Shown here: one piece after another, positions 54,147 to 64,000 of the stretch
Numbering within the stretch: the first letter of the stretch is position 1
Layout: each line of letters starts with the position of its first letter
Origin: an uncultured Acidobacteriota bacterium
Lineage (GTDB): Bacteria; Acidobacteriota; JAQAZP01
Assembly (NCBI GenBank): GCA_963836075.1
Contig: CAWIIB010000009.1
Location: 2,784,001 to 2,848,000 of the forward strand
DNA length: 64,000 nucleotides
Direction: 5' to 3'
Notes under the pieces: model-generated
Seen by the model: only the letters and a program-made list of their open reading frames with translations
What the model was told of the DNA's origin: nothing
Database searches by the model: none
Position numbers and translations under genes: made by a program

Positions 54147-54617
54147 ATGCGTATCAACGAAGTATTGAAGCGGGAAAACGTCCACGTTTTTCTCCGGCAG
54201 ACCGGGAAAGAGGCCGTGCTGGGCGAACTGGTGGAACTGCTCCTCCACGGCTATCCCGAAGCCCGGCGGCACGAGACGCTGCGGGAGGTGCGGCTGCGAG
54301 AGGAGATCGGCTCCACCGGTATCGGTGCGGGGGTGGCCGTGCCCCACGCCAAGCCGGCCTTCTGCACCGAGCTGATGGCCTGTCTGGGGATCGCGGCGGA
54401 ACCGGTGCCCTTCGACGCCATTGACGGTGAGCCGGTGCGCATCTTCATCCTGGTGCTCGGCCCGCGGGACCAGGCCGGGTTGCACCTGCGGTTCCTGGCC
54501 CGGGTGGCCCGGCTGCTCAAGAAGCGGGAGCGGCGGGAGGCGTTGCTGGCCTGCACCGACGCCGACCAGGCCTGGCAGGTGGTGGAGCGGTTCGAAGAGG
54601 GGCAGCTGGATGTGTGA
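54147..54617 (+). CDS. PTS EIIA (Ntr/Fru-type) protein
   Basis: REEIGSTGIGAGVAVPHAK (phospho-His), FDAIDGEPV, HLRFLARVAR. Confidence 0.9.
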   Translation: MRINEVLKRENVHVFLRQTGKEAVLGELVELLLHGYPEARRHETLREVRLREEIGSTGIGAGVAVPHAKPAFCTELMACLGIAAEPVPFDAIDGEPVRIFILVLGPRDQAGLHLRFLARVARLLKKRERREALLACTDADQAWQVVERFEEGQLDV

Positions 54618-54629
54618 GGGGGCCGGCCG

Positions 54630-54968
54630 GTGAAACTGGTGGTCATCATTCTGAACCGGGTGGAGTATCTCGAGGACCTGCTCACCGCCTTCCTGGAGAT
54701 CGGGATCAGCGGCGCCACGGTGCTCAACTCGGTGGGGATGGGCCAGATCGTCTCCCGCAACATCCCCATCTTTGCCGGCCTCAGCGACGCTTTCCCGGGC
54801 AGCAGCCCCAGCAACCGCACCATTCTCGCCGTGGTGCAGGACCGCCAGGTGCAACGGATGGTCCGCATGGTGGAGGAGGTCTGCGGCAGCCTCGACGACC
54901 CGGGCAACGGCCTGATGGTCAGCCTGTCCCTCGATGAAGTCTTCGGTTTCCGTCGCACCACAGATTAG
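54630..54968 (+). CDS. PII-like (GlnB superfamily) protein
   Basis: 112 aa; MKLVVIILN, GISGATVLNSVGMG, PGNGLMVSL.LDEVFG; non-canonical T-loop (IPIFAGL). Confidence 0.7.
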   Translation: MKLVVIILNRVEYLEDLLTAFLEIGISGATVLNSVGMGQIVSRNIPIFAGLSDAFPGSSPSNRTILAVVQDRQVQRMVRMVEEVCGSLDDPGNGLMVSLSLDEVFGFRRTTD

Positions 54969-55098
54969 CCCACTCCAGGGGAGCCAAAAACAGCCCCGAC
55001 AAGCATGGTCCTGACCATCATCCAGTTGCCAGTCTGCCCACGGCGGGGGGTCTCACGTCCGGTTCCACGGAGATCTGGCCGCGAAAGAAAAAAACAGC

Positions 55099-55127
55099 TT
55101 GCCAATTAGTATTATTAGTTCTATAAT
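55099..55127 (+). promoter_or_regulatory. Sigma70 promoter
   Basis: TTGCCA-17 bp-TATAAT preceded by an A-tract (UP-element-like). Confidence 0.75.
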
Positions 55128-55207
55128 GTACCGTCGAAAGGGATCGGGCTCTGAGGCCCGGCCTGAACTTTCTCTCTCACCGGTCAATCAATGAGGAGTG
55201 TGAAGCC

Positions 55208-56575
55208 ATGGGAATGAAGACTTTCAATCTGCTGGCCCTGTGTGTATTGGTCTTGTGCGGTTCCATCCTCCCGGTTGCCGCCATCGACCGCGATAGCTGG
55301 ACCTGGGAGAATACGGGTGAGCTTGACGGTGCGCTGCGTATCTATGCGCTGGTCGAAGCCGGGGGCAGCCTCTTTGCCGGTTCCGGCCCCACCGGAAACG
55401 TCTATCGCAGCGATGACTTTGGCGCCAGCTGGACCAACACGGCCGACCTTGTGGATGCCAGCCAGGTCTACGGCTTGCTCGAGGGATCCGATGGCGCACT
55501 GTACGCCGGAACCAAGGGCCCGGACGGGACGGTGCAGGGCCGTGTCTTCCGCAGCACCGACGGCGGGGCCAGTTGGGCGGTCACCGCCGAGCTGGCCGGT
55601 GCGGACGTGGTCTTCGGGCTGACAGAGTTGGGCGGCGGCCCCATCCTCGCCGGGACCAGCCCGGCCGGGGACGTGTTTTGGACCATGGATGGCGGGGCCA
55701 GCTGGACCCTGTCCGGGGATCTGGCCGGCGCGGAGAACGTTTCGGTGCTGCTCGAGGCCTCCGACGGCACGGTTTTTGCCGGCACTTCGCCGGACGGCGA
55801 CGTGTTCGCCTCCACTGACGGAGGGTTGAGCTGGAGCAACACCGGAGAACTTGCCGGTGCCGAAGAGGTCTATTCGCTGTTCCAGGATGATGGCGGATCT
55901 CTCTGGGCCGGCACCGGGCCCGAGGGTTGTTTGTATCGTTCGGACGACCTGGGCCTGAACTGGGACCTGGTGACCTGTTTTGACGACACGGATTTCATCA
56001 TCGATCTGTACCAGCACACCGACGGCCTGCTCTATGCCGCCACCGGGCCCCTGGCCGACATCTTCCGCACGGCCGACGGCGGTGTGACCTGGACGCCGAC
56101 ATCGGACCTGGTGAACGCCACCCACGTCAACGCACTTCTCACGGGGTCGGACGGCGAGCTCTATGCCGCGACCGGATTCAACGGCAATGTCTACCGCAGC
56201 AGCGGTCCACCTACCATTTCCTGCACACTGGCCTGCACGCCCGACTCGGGCATGCTGCCCTTCAGCCCGCACATCGGTGTGACCATGTCCAACCTGACCT
56301 CCTCCCACCGCGTGATGGCCGGTCGTCTCGACCTGACCACGGCGGGCGGACAGGTGGTCAACTACTGGCGGCGCGGTTTTACGCTGATCAATCCGGGGCA
56401 GATGTTCACCATCAGCTGGATCCAGCCGATCCCGGCGCTCAGCACTGTTGTCGGTGATAATCACCTCACACTGACCGCCATCGACGTTTCACCGGCGCCG
56501 TACAACTTGCCGCCCTTCGTGACGTCGGGCGACCGGGCAACAGCCGGCTGCACGGTGGAGGGGATTGCGCCGTAG
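55208..56575 (+). CDS. Secreted BNR/Asp-box beta-propeller protein with an unnamed C-terminal domain
   Basis: Signal peptide; six S/T-x-D-x-G-x-S/T/N-W Asp-box repeats; the C-terminal ~120 aa resemble an internal domain of 35387-38086. Confidence 0.8.
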   Translation: MGMKTFNLLALCVLVLCGSILPVAAIDRDSWTWENTGELDGALRIYALVEAGGSLFAGSGPTGNVYRSDDFGASWTNTADLVDASQVYGLLEGSDGALYAGTKGPDGTVQGRVFRSTDGGASWAVTAELAGADVVFGLTELGGGPILAGTSPAGDVFWTMDGGASWTLSGDLAGAENVSVLLEASDGTVFAGTSPDGDVFASTDGGLSWSNTGELAGAEEVYSLFQDDGGSLWAGTGPEGCLYRSDDLGLNWDLVTCFDDTDFIIDLYQHTDGLLYAATGPLADIFRTADGGVTWTPTSDLVNATHVNALLTGSDGELYAATGFNGNVYRSSGPPTISCTLACTPDSGMLPFSPHIGVTMSNLTSSHRVMAGRLDLTTAGGQVVNYWRRGFTLINPGQMFTISWIQPIPALSTVVGDNHLTLTAIDVSPAPYNLPPFVTSGDRATAGCTVEGIAP

Positions 56576-56596
56576 GCGGGTAACCGGCCATGAAAC

Positions 56597-56643
56597 AAGA
56601 AAAGGGGGACAGGCACGGAGCTGCCAGTCCCCCTTTTTTCTTG
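56597..56643. terminator. Bidirectional terminator between convergent genes
   Basis: AAGAAAAGGGGGAC...GTCCCCCTTTTTTCTT inverted repeat. Confidence 0.75.
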
Positions 56644-56668
56644 CAACGGGTGACGGTCACCGTGTGCG

Positions 56669-59600
56669 TTATTCCGCTGACCAGCGGGGCACCCGTCCCG
56701 GGGTCCACGGCCCGCCGGCGGCCTCCAGCTCCGCTTCCAGTGCAACCAGGTCCACCTCGATCAACTGCTGCAGCTCGGCCAGCACCGGCTGGAACAGCTC
56801 CGCGGCAATGCGGTAGTTTTCCAGGTGCGTGCCGGTGGGCGCCGAACTGGAGGACCAGCCGCCCATGGCATTGTAGACCCGACCGGTGATGGAGGGCGGG
56901 GTGGGTTCGTTGCGCGAGGCCACGGTGCGGTCGCCGGAGAGCTTGACCCGCAGCGCTTCGAGGCGAAGCTCCAGGCCCCTGGCCCGGTCAATCAGTGCGC
57001 TGTCGGCCTGCGGAGTGTCCAGCACCGCCTGCTTGACATGGGCCAGGCGGTCCTCTGCTTCGCCCAGCGCGCGCACCGTGCCGAGCACCGCACGCTGCAG
57101 GTCACCGGTCTTCTTCTGGAAGGCCAGCACCGCTTCCCGGTCCTCGGCCGGCAGGGTGGCCATGTTCAGCGATTCGGTGCTGAAGGTCCGCGGTGCACCG
57201 ATGGGGGTCAACCGGTCGTTGACCCTGAGGGCCAGCGATACGGTGTACTCGCCGGGAGCGGCCAGCGGGCCATCCGGCGGGTTGTCCCAGGGGCTGCCCG
57301 ATCCCTGTGGTTCCAGCGAGGTGGGATTGAACGCCGGATAGCGCAGGTCCCAGACCGCCCGCTGCATGCCCGAGACGGCCGGGCTGGTGAACCGCCGCAC
57401 CACGTTGCCGTCGATGTCGGTGATGGTGACCAGCACCACCGGGTCCTCCTCGCGGTCCTCGGCCCGCAGGTCGTCCCACGCCGGGTAGCTGACGGCCTGG
57501 CCGTCCTCCTCGGTCTGCTCCTCCGCCTCCTGCCGCTGCTCCTTCAGCGTTTTCGGGGCCTCCTTGAGGTAGAAGGTGAAGACGGCGCCGAAGGGCGGAT
57601 TGGGTGCGGTGAAGTAGTCATCACCCTGGAAGGCCTTGCCGCGCAGGCCCAGACGGGCCTCCTCCATGAAGACCCAGGCCTTCTTCACCGGGAAGACGTA
57701 GCCGTCACTCTCCAGAAGATCCTCGGTCACCTCGCGCAGGGGCGAGTAGTCGTCGAGGATGTAGAAGCCGCGGCCGAAGGTGCCGAGCACCAGGTCGTTC
57801 TCCCGCCGCTGGATCTCCACGTCGCGGATGGCCACCACCGGCAGGCCGCCCATGAGCTGGACCCACTTCGTGCCGCCGTCGATGGTGAAGAAGAGACCGA
57901 ACTCGGTGCCCACGAAGAGCAGTTCGGGCCGCACGTGGTCTTCCACCAGCATGTGGGCCTGGCCCCGCTCCGGCAGGTCGCCGGCCACCGATGTCCAGCT
58001 GGCGCCGCGGTCACTGCTCTTGATCACGTAGGGGGTGAAGTCACCCTGCTTGTGGTTGTCCAGCGTGGCGTAGACCGTGTCGGCGCCGTGCAGCGAGGGG
58101 GTGATGCCGGTGACGTAGGACATGTCCGGCACACCGGGGAAGCTCTCGATCCGGCGCCAGTTCTCGCCGCCGTCCTCGCTGACCTGGATCAGGCCCTCGT
58201 CGGTACCGGCATAGAGCAGGCCCTCCACCAGCGGTGATTCGGCCAGGCTGACGATGTTGCCGTAGTTGGAGGTGGAGTCGTTCTTGGCCACCGCGTCGAT
58301 GCTCCAGACCTTGCCCATGATCGGAAGCGCATTGCGGTCGATCCGGCGGCTGAGGTCCGGGCTCACCGGCGTCCAGTTGTCGCCCCGGTCGTCACTGCGG
58401 AAGACACGCTGGGCGGCGTAGTAGAGCCGGGTGTTGGAATGCGGGCTGATGATCAGCGGCGAGCTCCAGTTCCAGCGCAGGGGATCTTCGCCCACCGCCG
58501 GCTGGGGCTGGATGTCGATGGCCTCGCCGCTCTTGCGGTCGTAGCGCACCAGCCCGCCGTACTGCCACTGGGAGTAGACGATGTCGGCGTTGGTCGGGTC
58601 GACCTGGGTCTTGAAGCCGTCGCCGAATACCGTGACGTAGCAGTCGGCGTTGGTGATGCCTCCAGCGCTGGTGTTGCGGGCCGGCAGGCCGAGGGTGGCG
58701 TTGTCCTGGGTGCCGCCGTAGACGTTGTAGAAGGGGAAGTCGTTGTCCGGGGTGGCCTTGTAGAACTGGGTTACCGGCAGGTTGGCCATGAAGCGCCAGT
58801 TGCCGCCGCGGTCCCAGCTCTCGTAGACCCCGCCGTCGTTGCCGTTGATCAGGTGGTCGCTGTTGTCGGGATCGACCCACAGCGCGTGGTCGTCCACGTG
58901 TTTGCGGTAGCCTCCCATACCATCGAATGAGGCACCACCGTCGTTGGTCACCTGCATCCAGGTGTCCACCGAGTAGACGCGGTCCACGTTGTTCGGGTCG
59001 GGGATGATCTCGTTGTAGTACTGGGCGCTGCCCGAGACGTAGTCGCAGCGCTTCTCCCACGAGGCGCCGGAGTTGGTGCTGCGGTAGAAGCCGCCGTCCT
59101 CGCCGGCCGCCTCGATGATGGCATAGACCACGTCCGGGTCGGCGGGGGCCACGGCCAGGCCGATGCGGCCCACGTCGCCGGAGGGCAGGCCCGACTCCAG
59201 TTTGTTCCAGTTTGCCCCGCCGTCCACGGTCTTGTAGAGCGCCGACTCCGGCCCGCCGTTTATCAGCGTCCAGGTGTGGCGCCGCCGCTGGTAGGACGAG
59301 GCGTACATCACGTCGGGGTTCCGCGGGTCGAAGACCACGTCGTTGACCCCGGTGTCCTCGCTGATCTCCAGCGACAGCTCCCAGGTTTCGCCTCCGTCAC
59401 GGGTCACGTACAGGCCGCGGTCGCCACCGGCGGACCAGAGCGGGCCCTGGGCCGCCACAAAGACCACGTTGGAGTCCCGCGGGTCGACCATGATACGGCC
59501 GATGTGCTCCGAGTTCTCCAGCCCCACCCTGGTCCAACTGGCCCCGCAGTCGATGGACTTGTAGACCCCGTCGCCGTAGGAGACGCTGCGCTGGCTGTTG

Positions 59601-59971
59601 TTCTCTCCGCTGCCCACCCAGATGGTGCAGGGGTTGTTGGGATCGATGGCCACGCAGCCGATGGAATACGACCCCTCGCCGTCGAAGAGCGGGGTCCAGG
59701 TGGTTCCGGCGTTGACCGTCTTCCAGACGCCGCCCGAGGCGGCGGCCACATACCAGGTGGCCTTGTCTTCGGGGTGCACGGCGATGTCGGCGATGCGTCC
59801 CGAGGTGAGGGCCGGTCCGATACCGCGCAGGGCCAGGCCGCTGAAGGTCCCGGAGGAGAAAACGCTTTCTTCTTCCGGCGCCGCTGTGGGCTCCGGGTCC
59901 TTCTTCTTTGCCTGAAGCGGGATGGTAATGATCAGGGCCAGCATGATGGCCAGGAGAGCTGTTCTCTTCAC
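56669..59971 (-). CDS. Secreted VPS10/sortilin-like BNR-repeat putative glycosyl hydrolase
   Basis: GTG start after GGAGGA; GPALTSGRIAD, GGVWKT, GDGVYKS, HVDDHALW, GGTQDN, many Asp-boxes. Confidence 0.85.
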   Translation of the reverse strand: MKRTALLAIMLALIITIPLQAKKKDPEPTAAPEEESVFSSGTFSGLALRGIGPALTSGRIADIAVHPEDKATWYVAAASGGVWKTVNAGTTWTPLFDGEGSYSIGCVAIDPNNPCTIWVGSGENNSQRSVSYGDGVYKSIDCGASWTRVGLENSEHIGRIMVDPRDSNVVFVAAQGPLWSAGGDRGLYVTRDGGETWELSLEISEDTGVNDVVFDPRNPDVMYASSYQRRRHTWTLINGGPESALYKTVDGGANWNKLESGLPSGDVGRIGLAVAPADPDVVYAIIEAAGEDGGFYRSTNSGASWEKRCDYVSGSAQYYNEIIPDPNNVDRVYSVDTWMQVTNDGGASFDGMGGYRKHVDDHALWVDPDNSDHLINGNDGGVYESWDRGGNWRFMANLPVTQFYKATPDNDFPFYNVYGGTQDNATLGLPARNTSAGGITNADCYVTVFGDGFKTQVDPTNADIVYSQWQYGGLVRYDRKSGEAIDIQPQPAVGEDPLRWNWSSPLIISPHSNTRLYYAAQRVFRSDDRGDNWTPVSPDLSRRIDRNALPIMGKVWSIDAVAKNDSTSNYGNIVSLAESPLVEGLLYAGTDEGLIQVSEDGGENWRRIESFPGVPDMSYVTGITPSLHGADTVYATLDNHKQGDFTPYVIKSSDRGASWTSVAGDLPERGQAHMLVEDHVRPELLFVGTEFGLFFTIDGGTKWVQLMGGLPVVAIRDVEIQRRENDLVLGTFGRGFYILDDYSPLREVTEDLLESDGYVFPVKKAWVFMEEARLGLRGKAFQGDDYFTAPNPPFGAVFTFYLKEAPKTLKEQRQEAEEQTEEDGQAVSYPAWDDLRAEDREEDPVVLVTITDIDGNVVRRFTSPAVSGMQRAVWDLRYPAFNPTSLEPQGSGSPWDNPPDGPLAAPGEYTVSLALRVNDRLTPIGAPRTFSTESLNMATLPAEDREAVLAFQKKTGDLQRAVLGTVRALGEAEDRLAHVKQAVLDTPQADSALIDRARGLELRLEALRVKLSGDRTVASRNEPTPPSITGRVYNAMGGWSSSSAPTGTHLENYRIAAELFQPVLAELQQLIEVDLVALEAELEAAGGPWTPGRVPRWSAE

Positions 59972-59989
59972 CGGTCTGTCCTCCGAATG

Positions 59990-60030
59990 AAAAAACCCCG
60001 GCGCCGCGGATTGAGCAGCGGCGCCGGGGT
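59990..60030 (-). terminator. Rho-independent terminator after pepD
   Basis: ACCCCGGCGCCGC...GCGGCGCCGGGGT with a U-tract on the minus strand. Confidence 0.75.
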
Positions 60031-60041
60031 GGTCTGAACAT

Positions 60042-61511
60042 CTACGCGGAGAGCTTGTCCAGGACGCCGCAGGCCAGCTTCCAGAACTTGTCCACGGTGT
60101 CGATCTTGATCCGCTCATCGGGGGAGTGGGCCCCGGTGATGGTGGGACCGAAGGAGATCATGTCCATCCCCGGGTACTTCTCGCCGATGATGCCGCACTC
60201 CAGGCCGGCATGGATCGCCTTGATCTCCGGCTTTTTGCCGAACAGTTCCTCGTGGGTTTCGATCAACTTGGCCAGCACGGTGGAATTCATGTCGGGATTC
60301 CAGCCGGGATAGCCGTCGCCCTGGGTGGCGTCAGCCCCGCTGAGACGGGCGCCGTCGAGCACCAGGTCGGAGACATACATTTTCTGACTGGCAGCCGAAC
60401 TGCGCTGGCTGGTGCTGATGGTGAACGTGTCGCCGTCCTCCTTGATCGAGGCCACGTTGGTCGAGGTCTCCACCAGGCCGGGGATTGCCCGGCTCATGGT
60501 GACCACACCGTGGGGCAGCACCTGGATCATGCTGGTGAGCCGGTTGGCCGCGTCATCGGTGAGCGGGGCGGGCAGGCCCGCGGCCTCCACGCCGGTCTTC
60601 GCCGCAAAGCTGAGCGCCGTTTCCAGATCACCGATTTCTTCCTTGAGCACTGCTTCCTGCTCGGCCACCGCCTTGGCCAGGTCAGCTTCCTTGCCCTGGG
60701 GCACCAGCACCGTGGACACCGATTCCCGGGGGATGGCGTTGCGCAGGTTGCCGCCGTTCCAGGAGACCAGCTTGAGGCCCAGTGAGGCGGCCGCAGGGGA
60801 GCGGAGGAAGCGGGTCATCATCTTCAGTGCGTTGCCCCGGCCCTCGTGGATGTCGAGGCCGGAGTGCCCGCCCTTGAGGCCGCTGACCTTCAGCTCGACG
60901 GCGCTCATGCCCGAGGCGGCCGCGTTGCGGTCAGCTTTGAAGGTGACGATGGTGTCCACACCGCCGGCGCAGCCGACGTAGAGGGTGCCGTCCTCTTCGG
61001 AGTCCATGTTGAGCATGATCCGGCCCTTGAGCCAGCCGGGCTGCAGTTCGTTGGCGCCGGTGAGGCCGGTCTCCTCGTCCACGGTGAAGATCATCTCCAG
61101 CGGGCCGTGGACCAGGTCCTTGTCTTCCAGAACGGCCAGGGCCGCGGCCACGCCGATGCCGTTGTCCGCACCGAGGGTGGTGCCGTCGGCGGTGATCCAC
61201 TCGCCGTCGCGGACCATGGTGATCGGGTCGTTCTCGAAGTCGTGCACGGTGTCGGAATTCTTCTCGCAGACCATGTCGGTGTGGCCCTGCAGTACCACCG
61301 TGGGGGCATTCTCACGGCCCGGGGTGGCCGGCTTGCGGATCAGCACGTTGCCCGCCGCGTCCTGTTCGTGTTCCATGCCGAGTTTCTCGGCCACGCTGAT
61401 CAGCCACGCCTGGGCCGCGGCCTCGTTCTTCGAGCCCCGGGGGATCTGGTTCAGTTGGTAGAGGTATCTCCAGACCGGTTCGGGCTTCAGTCCCTTGATT
61501 GCATCGTTCAC
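60042..61511 (-). CDS. pepD: Aminoacyl-histidine dipeptidase (M20)
   Basis: LQGHTDMVCEK, TTLGADNGIG, DEETGL, GGHSG, HAGLECG, HSPDE. Confidence 0.93.
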   Translation of the reverse strand: MNDAIKGLKPEPVWRYLYQLNQIPRGSKNEAAAQAWLISVAEKLGMEHEQDAAGNVLIRKPATPGRENAPTVVLQGHTDMVCEKNSDTVHDFENDPITMVRDGEWITADGTTLGADNGIGVAAALAVLEDKDLVHGPLEMIFTVDEETGLTGANELQPGWLKGRIMLNMDSEEDGTLYVGCAGGVDTIVTFKADRNAAASGMSAVELKVSGLKGGHSGLDIHEGRGNALKMMTRFLRSPAAASLGLKLVSWNGGNLRNAIPRESVSTVLVPQGKEADLAKAVAEQEAVLKEEIGDLETALSFAAKTGVEAAGLPAPLTDDAANRLTSMIQVLPHGVVTMSRAIPGLVETSTNVASIKEDGDTFTISTSQRSSAASQKMYVSDLVLDGARLSGADATQGDGYPGWNPDMNSTVLAKLIETHEELFGKKPEIKAIHAGLECGIIGEKYPGMDMISFGPTITGAHSPDERIKIDTVDKFWKLACGVLDKLSA

Positions 61512-61758
61512 GTTCTTCCAAGCCTCCCACGTGTATTGAAAACGAATCCGGGCCGTGGCCCGGAGCGGATTCTGAACCCTCGGCTGAGGGTGATTCGATA
61601 ATTTCCCATCTCTGAAAGGGTTGTAATTCTATCAGGTGAGCGGGGAAGCGGCAAATTGCCATTCTTCTCCCTCATCCATGCTGACGCTTCATCTGTCCCC
61701 CGGGCCGCTTGACTGCAAAAATGCTTTTCACTACCATAGATTTTAATGAGGAGATCTG

Positions 61759-62004
61759 ATGAATGACTCCCATCTCCAACGCGCCAGGGAGTTGTTCGAC
61801 CAGGCGCTGGAAATCCCGCATAACGAACGTGATACATTTCTAAGGGAAGCCTGCGGCACGGACCGGGTTCTCGAGGAAGAGGTTCGCTCGCTGGTGGAGG
61901 CCCGCCTGAGAGCCGAAGCATTTCTGGGAAGTGGGCAGGCCGCGCGGATTTTCGCGGATATCCCCGCCTGGGGCCGGACCAGCGCCGGCAGCTCCTGCAG
62001 GTGA
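61759..62004 (+). pseudogene. N-terminal remnant of a Ser/Thr protein kinase
   Basis: ELFDQALE...ERDTFLREACG.D..L.EEVRSL matches the N-terminal leader of ECF-associated kinases; stops before any kinase domain; GAGGAG RBS. Confidence 0.6.
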
Positions 62005-62158
62005 TCGAGCCCGGGAACTCCCCCCCACCGAATAGAGTCCCGGGAAACGCTTTTCCCTAACCTTCATTGATCTTTATCCTGCAAAGACCTATCTTGAAAG
62101 ATACAAGAATGTTGGATTGTCTGCTCAAAGCAGGCGGAGATACAACTGCAGGGAAACC

Positions 62159-64000
62159 ATGAAGCACTTCATCGGACTGTTCATCATCGGCCTGCTCGTC
62201 AGTCCGGGTGCGGTCACCGGGACCGAGCTCGCAGGCAACCCCCTGGCCGCTTATCCATATTTCGAATATGTACGGGCGATCAATGCCGATGCAGCAGTCT
62301 ATGCTGCCATCGATCCCACCAGGTACCCCCAGGTGGTCGGGGTCACAGCCCACCTCTACCTGGTGAGTGCCAGAACCGGGGCCCAGTGGGACAGCGATCC
62401 ATCCCTGTCCGATGTACGCCCCAGAGGGCCGGACACCGTGTTCCTGGGCGGCTCCACCGTTCAGGAGAATACCTTCGAGCTCGCCTCAGGCGGAGAACTT
62501 GATGCCGACGCCGGCACGGGCCTGGGTCTGGGCTATGATGTGGTTCTCGACCTGGACCGGGACGGTCTCCTCGATTCTGGCGATCTGATCGACGGTCGCG
62601 GTGATGAGTCAGGCTTCTACGCGGTGCACGATCTGACCCAGACCGGCCCGCTGCCCACCGCTTCGACGACCTATTCCGGTGGGGCCTGGCTGGGGCAGAA
62701 AACCTGGTACCCCTCCGGCATCGCCGGCATGGGTCAACTGCCCCTGGTGGTGATCAGCCACGGCAACGGGCACGACTACACCTGGTACGATTACCTGCAG
62801 GAGCACCTGGCCTCCTATGGCTATGTGGTGATGAGCCATGAGAACAACACCCAGCCGGGCATCGAGACCGCCTCCACCACCACGCTGAACAACACCGACT
62901 ATTTTCTCGGCCATCTCGACGTCATCGGCGGCGGAATTTTCGCGGGCCATATCGACGGCAGCCGGATCACCTGGATCGGCCACAGCCGGGGAGGGGAGGG
63001 CGTCTGCCGGGCCTACGACCGTTTGTATGACGATGACTATATACCCGACCACTACGAGCTCCATGACGTGGTCCTGGTGAGCAGCATTTCCCCCAACGAC
63101 TACCTGGGCCGTCATCAATCCGATCCTCACCAGGTGATCTTCCATCTGCTGCAGGGCGCTGCCGACGGTGACAACACCGGTTGGCCCGACCGGGAAAGCG
63201 ATGCCCCGTTCCATGTCTATGAAAGGGCCGGGGGAACGCGGCAGATGACCCATATCCACGGCGCCGACCACAACGATTTCAACTGCTGCGGCTGGAACGA
63301 CTTCACCGGGCCGCCGGGAACGGAAATCGGCCGGGCCGAAGCCCAGCGAGTGGCCCGGGCCACCTACCTGGCACTGCTCAAACACCACATCGAGGGAAAC
63401 CTGCCGGCCCTCGACTATCTCTGGCGGCAGTACGAGGCATTGAAACCAATTGGCGTCAATGCGGCCACGGTGGTGGAGCACGAGTACCGGGAGGGTCCGG
63501 GAGCGGGGGTGTTTGTCATCGACGATTTTCAGAGCGAACCATCACTGGACACCAGCAGCTCCGGCGGATCCGTCTCCATGACGGTGCTCAACGCCTGGGA
63601 AGGACAGCAGGACGACACCGACGGCACATTCACCTGGTCCACCAGCGACCCGATGAACGGCATGGCCCGGGGACGGACCGACGATCTGGCGGCGTGCCTG
63701 GTCTTTGACTGGGGCATCGGGGGAAGCCGGCAACTGGAGTTCGAACTGCTGCCGGCAGCAGAAAATCTGCTGTCCCGCGAATATCTCTCTTTCCGCGCGT
63801 GCCAGGGAACCCGTCATCCGGACACGGTTGTCGAACTGGGTGACCTTACCTTCACCGTAACCCTGCGCGACGGAAACGGCGCCAGCAGTTCCATCGGCAT
63901 CGGCGCCTATGGCGGGGGCGTTGAAGAGCCGTACCAGCGCACCGGCTCGGGAACCGGCGCGGGGTGGCAGACCGAGTTCGAAACCATCCGTATCCGCCTC
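62159..64000 (+). CDS. Secreted alpha/beta hydrolase (chlorophyllase-like); runs off the right edge
   Basis: Hand translation MKHFIGLFIIGLLVS...; PLVVISHGNG, HLASYGYVV, WIGHSRGGEG (nucleophile elbow), GADHNDF. Not in the ORF track. Confidence 0.8.
   Translation, partial: MKHFIGLFIIGLLVSPGAVTGTELAGNPLAAYPYFEYVRAINADAAVYAAIDPTRYPQVVGVTAHLYLVSARTGAQWDSDPSLSDVRPRGPDTVFLGGSTVQENTFELASGGELDADAGTGLGLGYDVVLDLDRDGLLDSGDLIDGRGDESGFYAVHDLTQTGPLPTASTTYSGGAWLGQKTWYPSGIAGMGQLPLVVISHGNGHDYTWYDYLQEHLASYGYVVMSHENNTQPGIETASTTTLNNTDYFLGHLDVIGGGIFAGHIDGSRITWIGHSRGGEGVCRAYDRLYDDDYIPDHYELHDVVLVSSISPNDYLGRHQSDPHQVIFHLLQGAADGDNTGWPDRESDAPFHVYERAGGTRQMTHIHGADHNDFNCCGWNDFTGPPGTEIGRAEAQRVARATYLALLKHHIEGNLPALDYLWRQYEALKPIGVNAATVVEHEYREGPGAGVFVIDDFQSEPSLDTSSSGGSVSMTVLNAWEGQQDDTDGTFTWSTSDPMNGMARGRTDDLAACLVFDWGIGGSRQLEFELLPAAENLLSREYLSFRACQGTRHPDTVVELGDLTFTVTLRDGNGASSSIGIGAYGGGVEEPYQRTGSGTGAGWQTEFETIRIRL

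Overview
GC-rich bacterial chromosomal window. The gene content (futalosine menaquinone pathway, many secreted FG-GAP/BNR/sulfatase-like proteins) suggests an Acidobacteriota-like organism; this is inference only. I found no rRNA, tRNA, CRISPR array, integrase or transposase. Left part: futalosine-pathway genes, including an in-frame MqnE-MqnA fusion missing from the ORF track, a frameshifted ubiD, ubiX, a ubiA/mqnP and menG. These are followed by tandem-domain ThyX, ETF-QO, ferredoxin, an MFS transporter plus an acyl-CoA ligase-ACP-PlsC fusion, and a U32 pair. Middle part: sulfatase-like proteins, three DUF3857/transglutaminase paralogs, and two genes bracketed by duplicated pieces of the fumA 5' region. 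Right part: a sigma54 activator with a degenerate GGDEF domain divergent from an intact diguanylate cyclase, peptidases, a GH5, and a two-antiporter/PTS-EIIA/PII-like operon. Best novelty candidates: (1) the putative c-di-GMP/sigma54 feedback module; (2) a ~120-aa unnamed domain shared by two unrelated secreted proteins; (3) integrase-free gene accretion at the fumA 5' end; (4) the antiporter-EIIA-PII operon; (5) the MqnE-MqnA fusion. Four +1 frameshifts look like assembly errors. All family calls come from motif recognition by eye, not from database searches.
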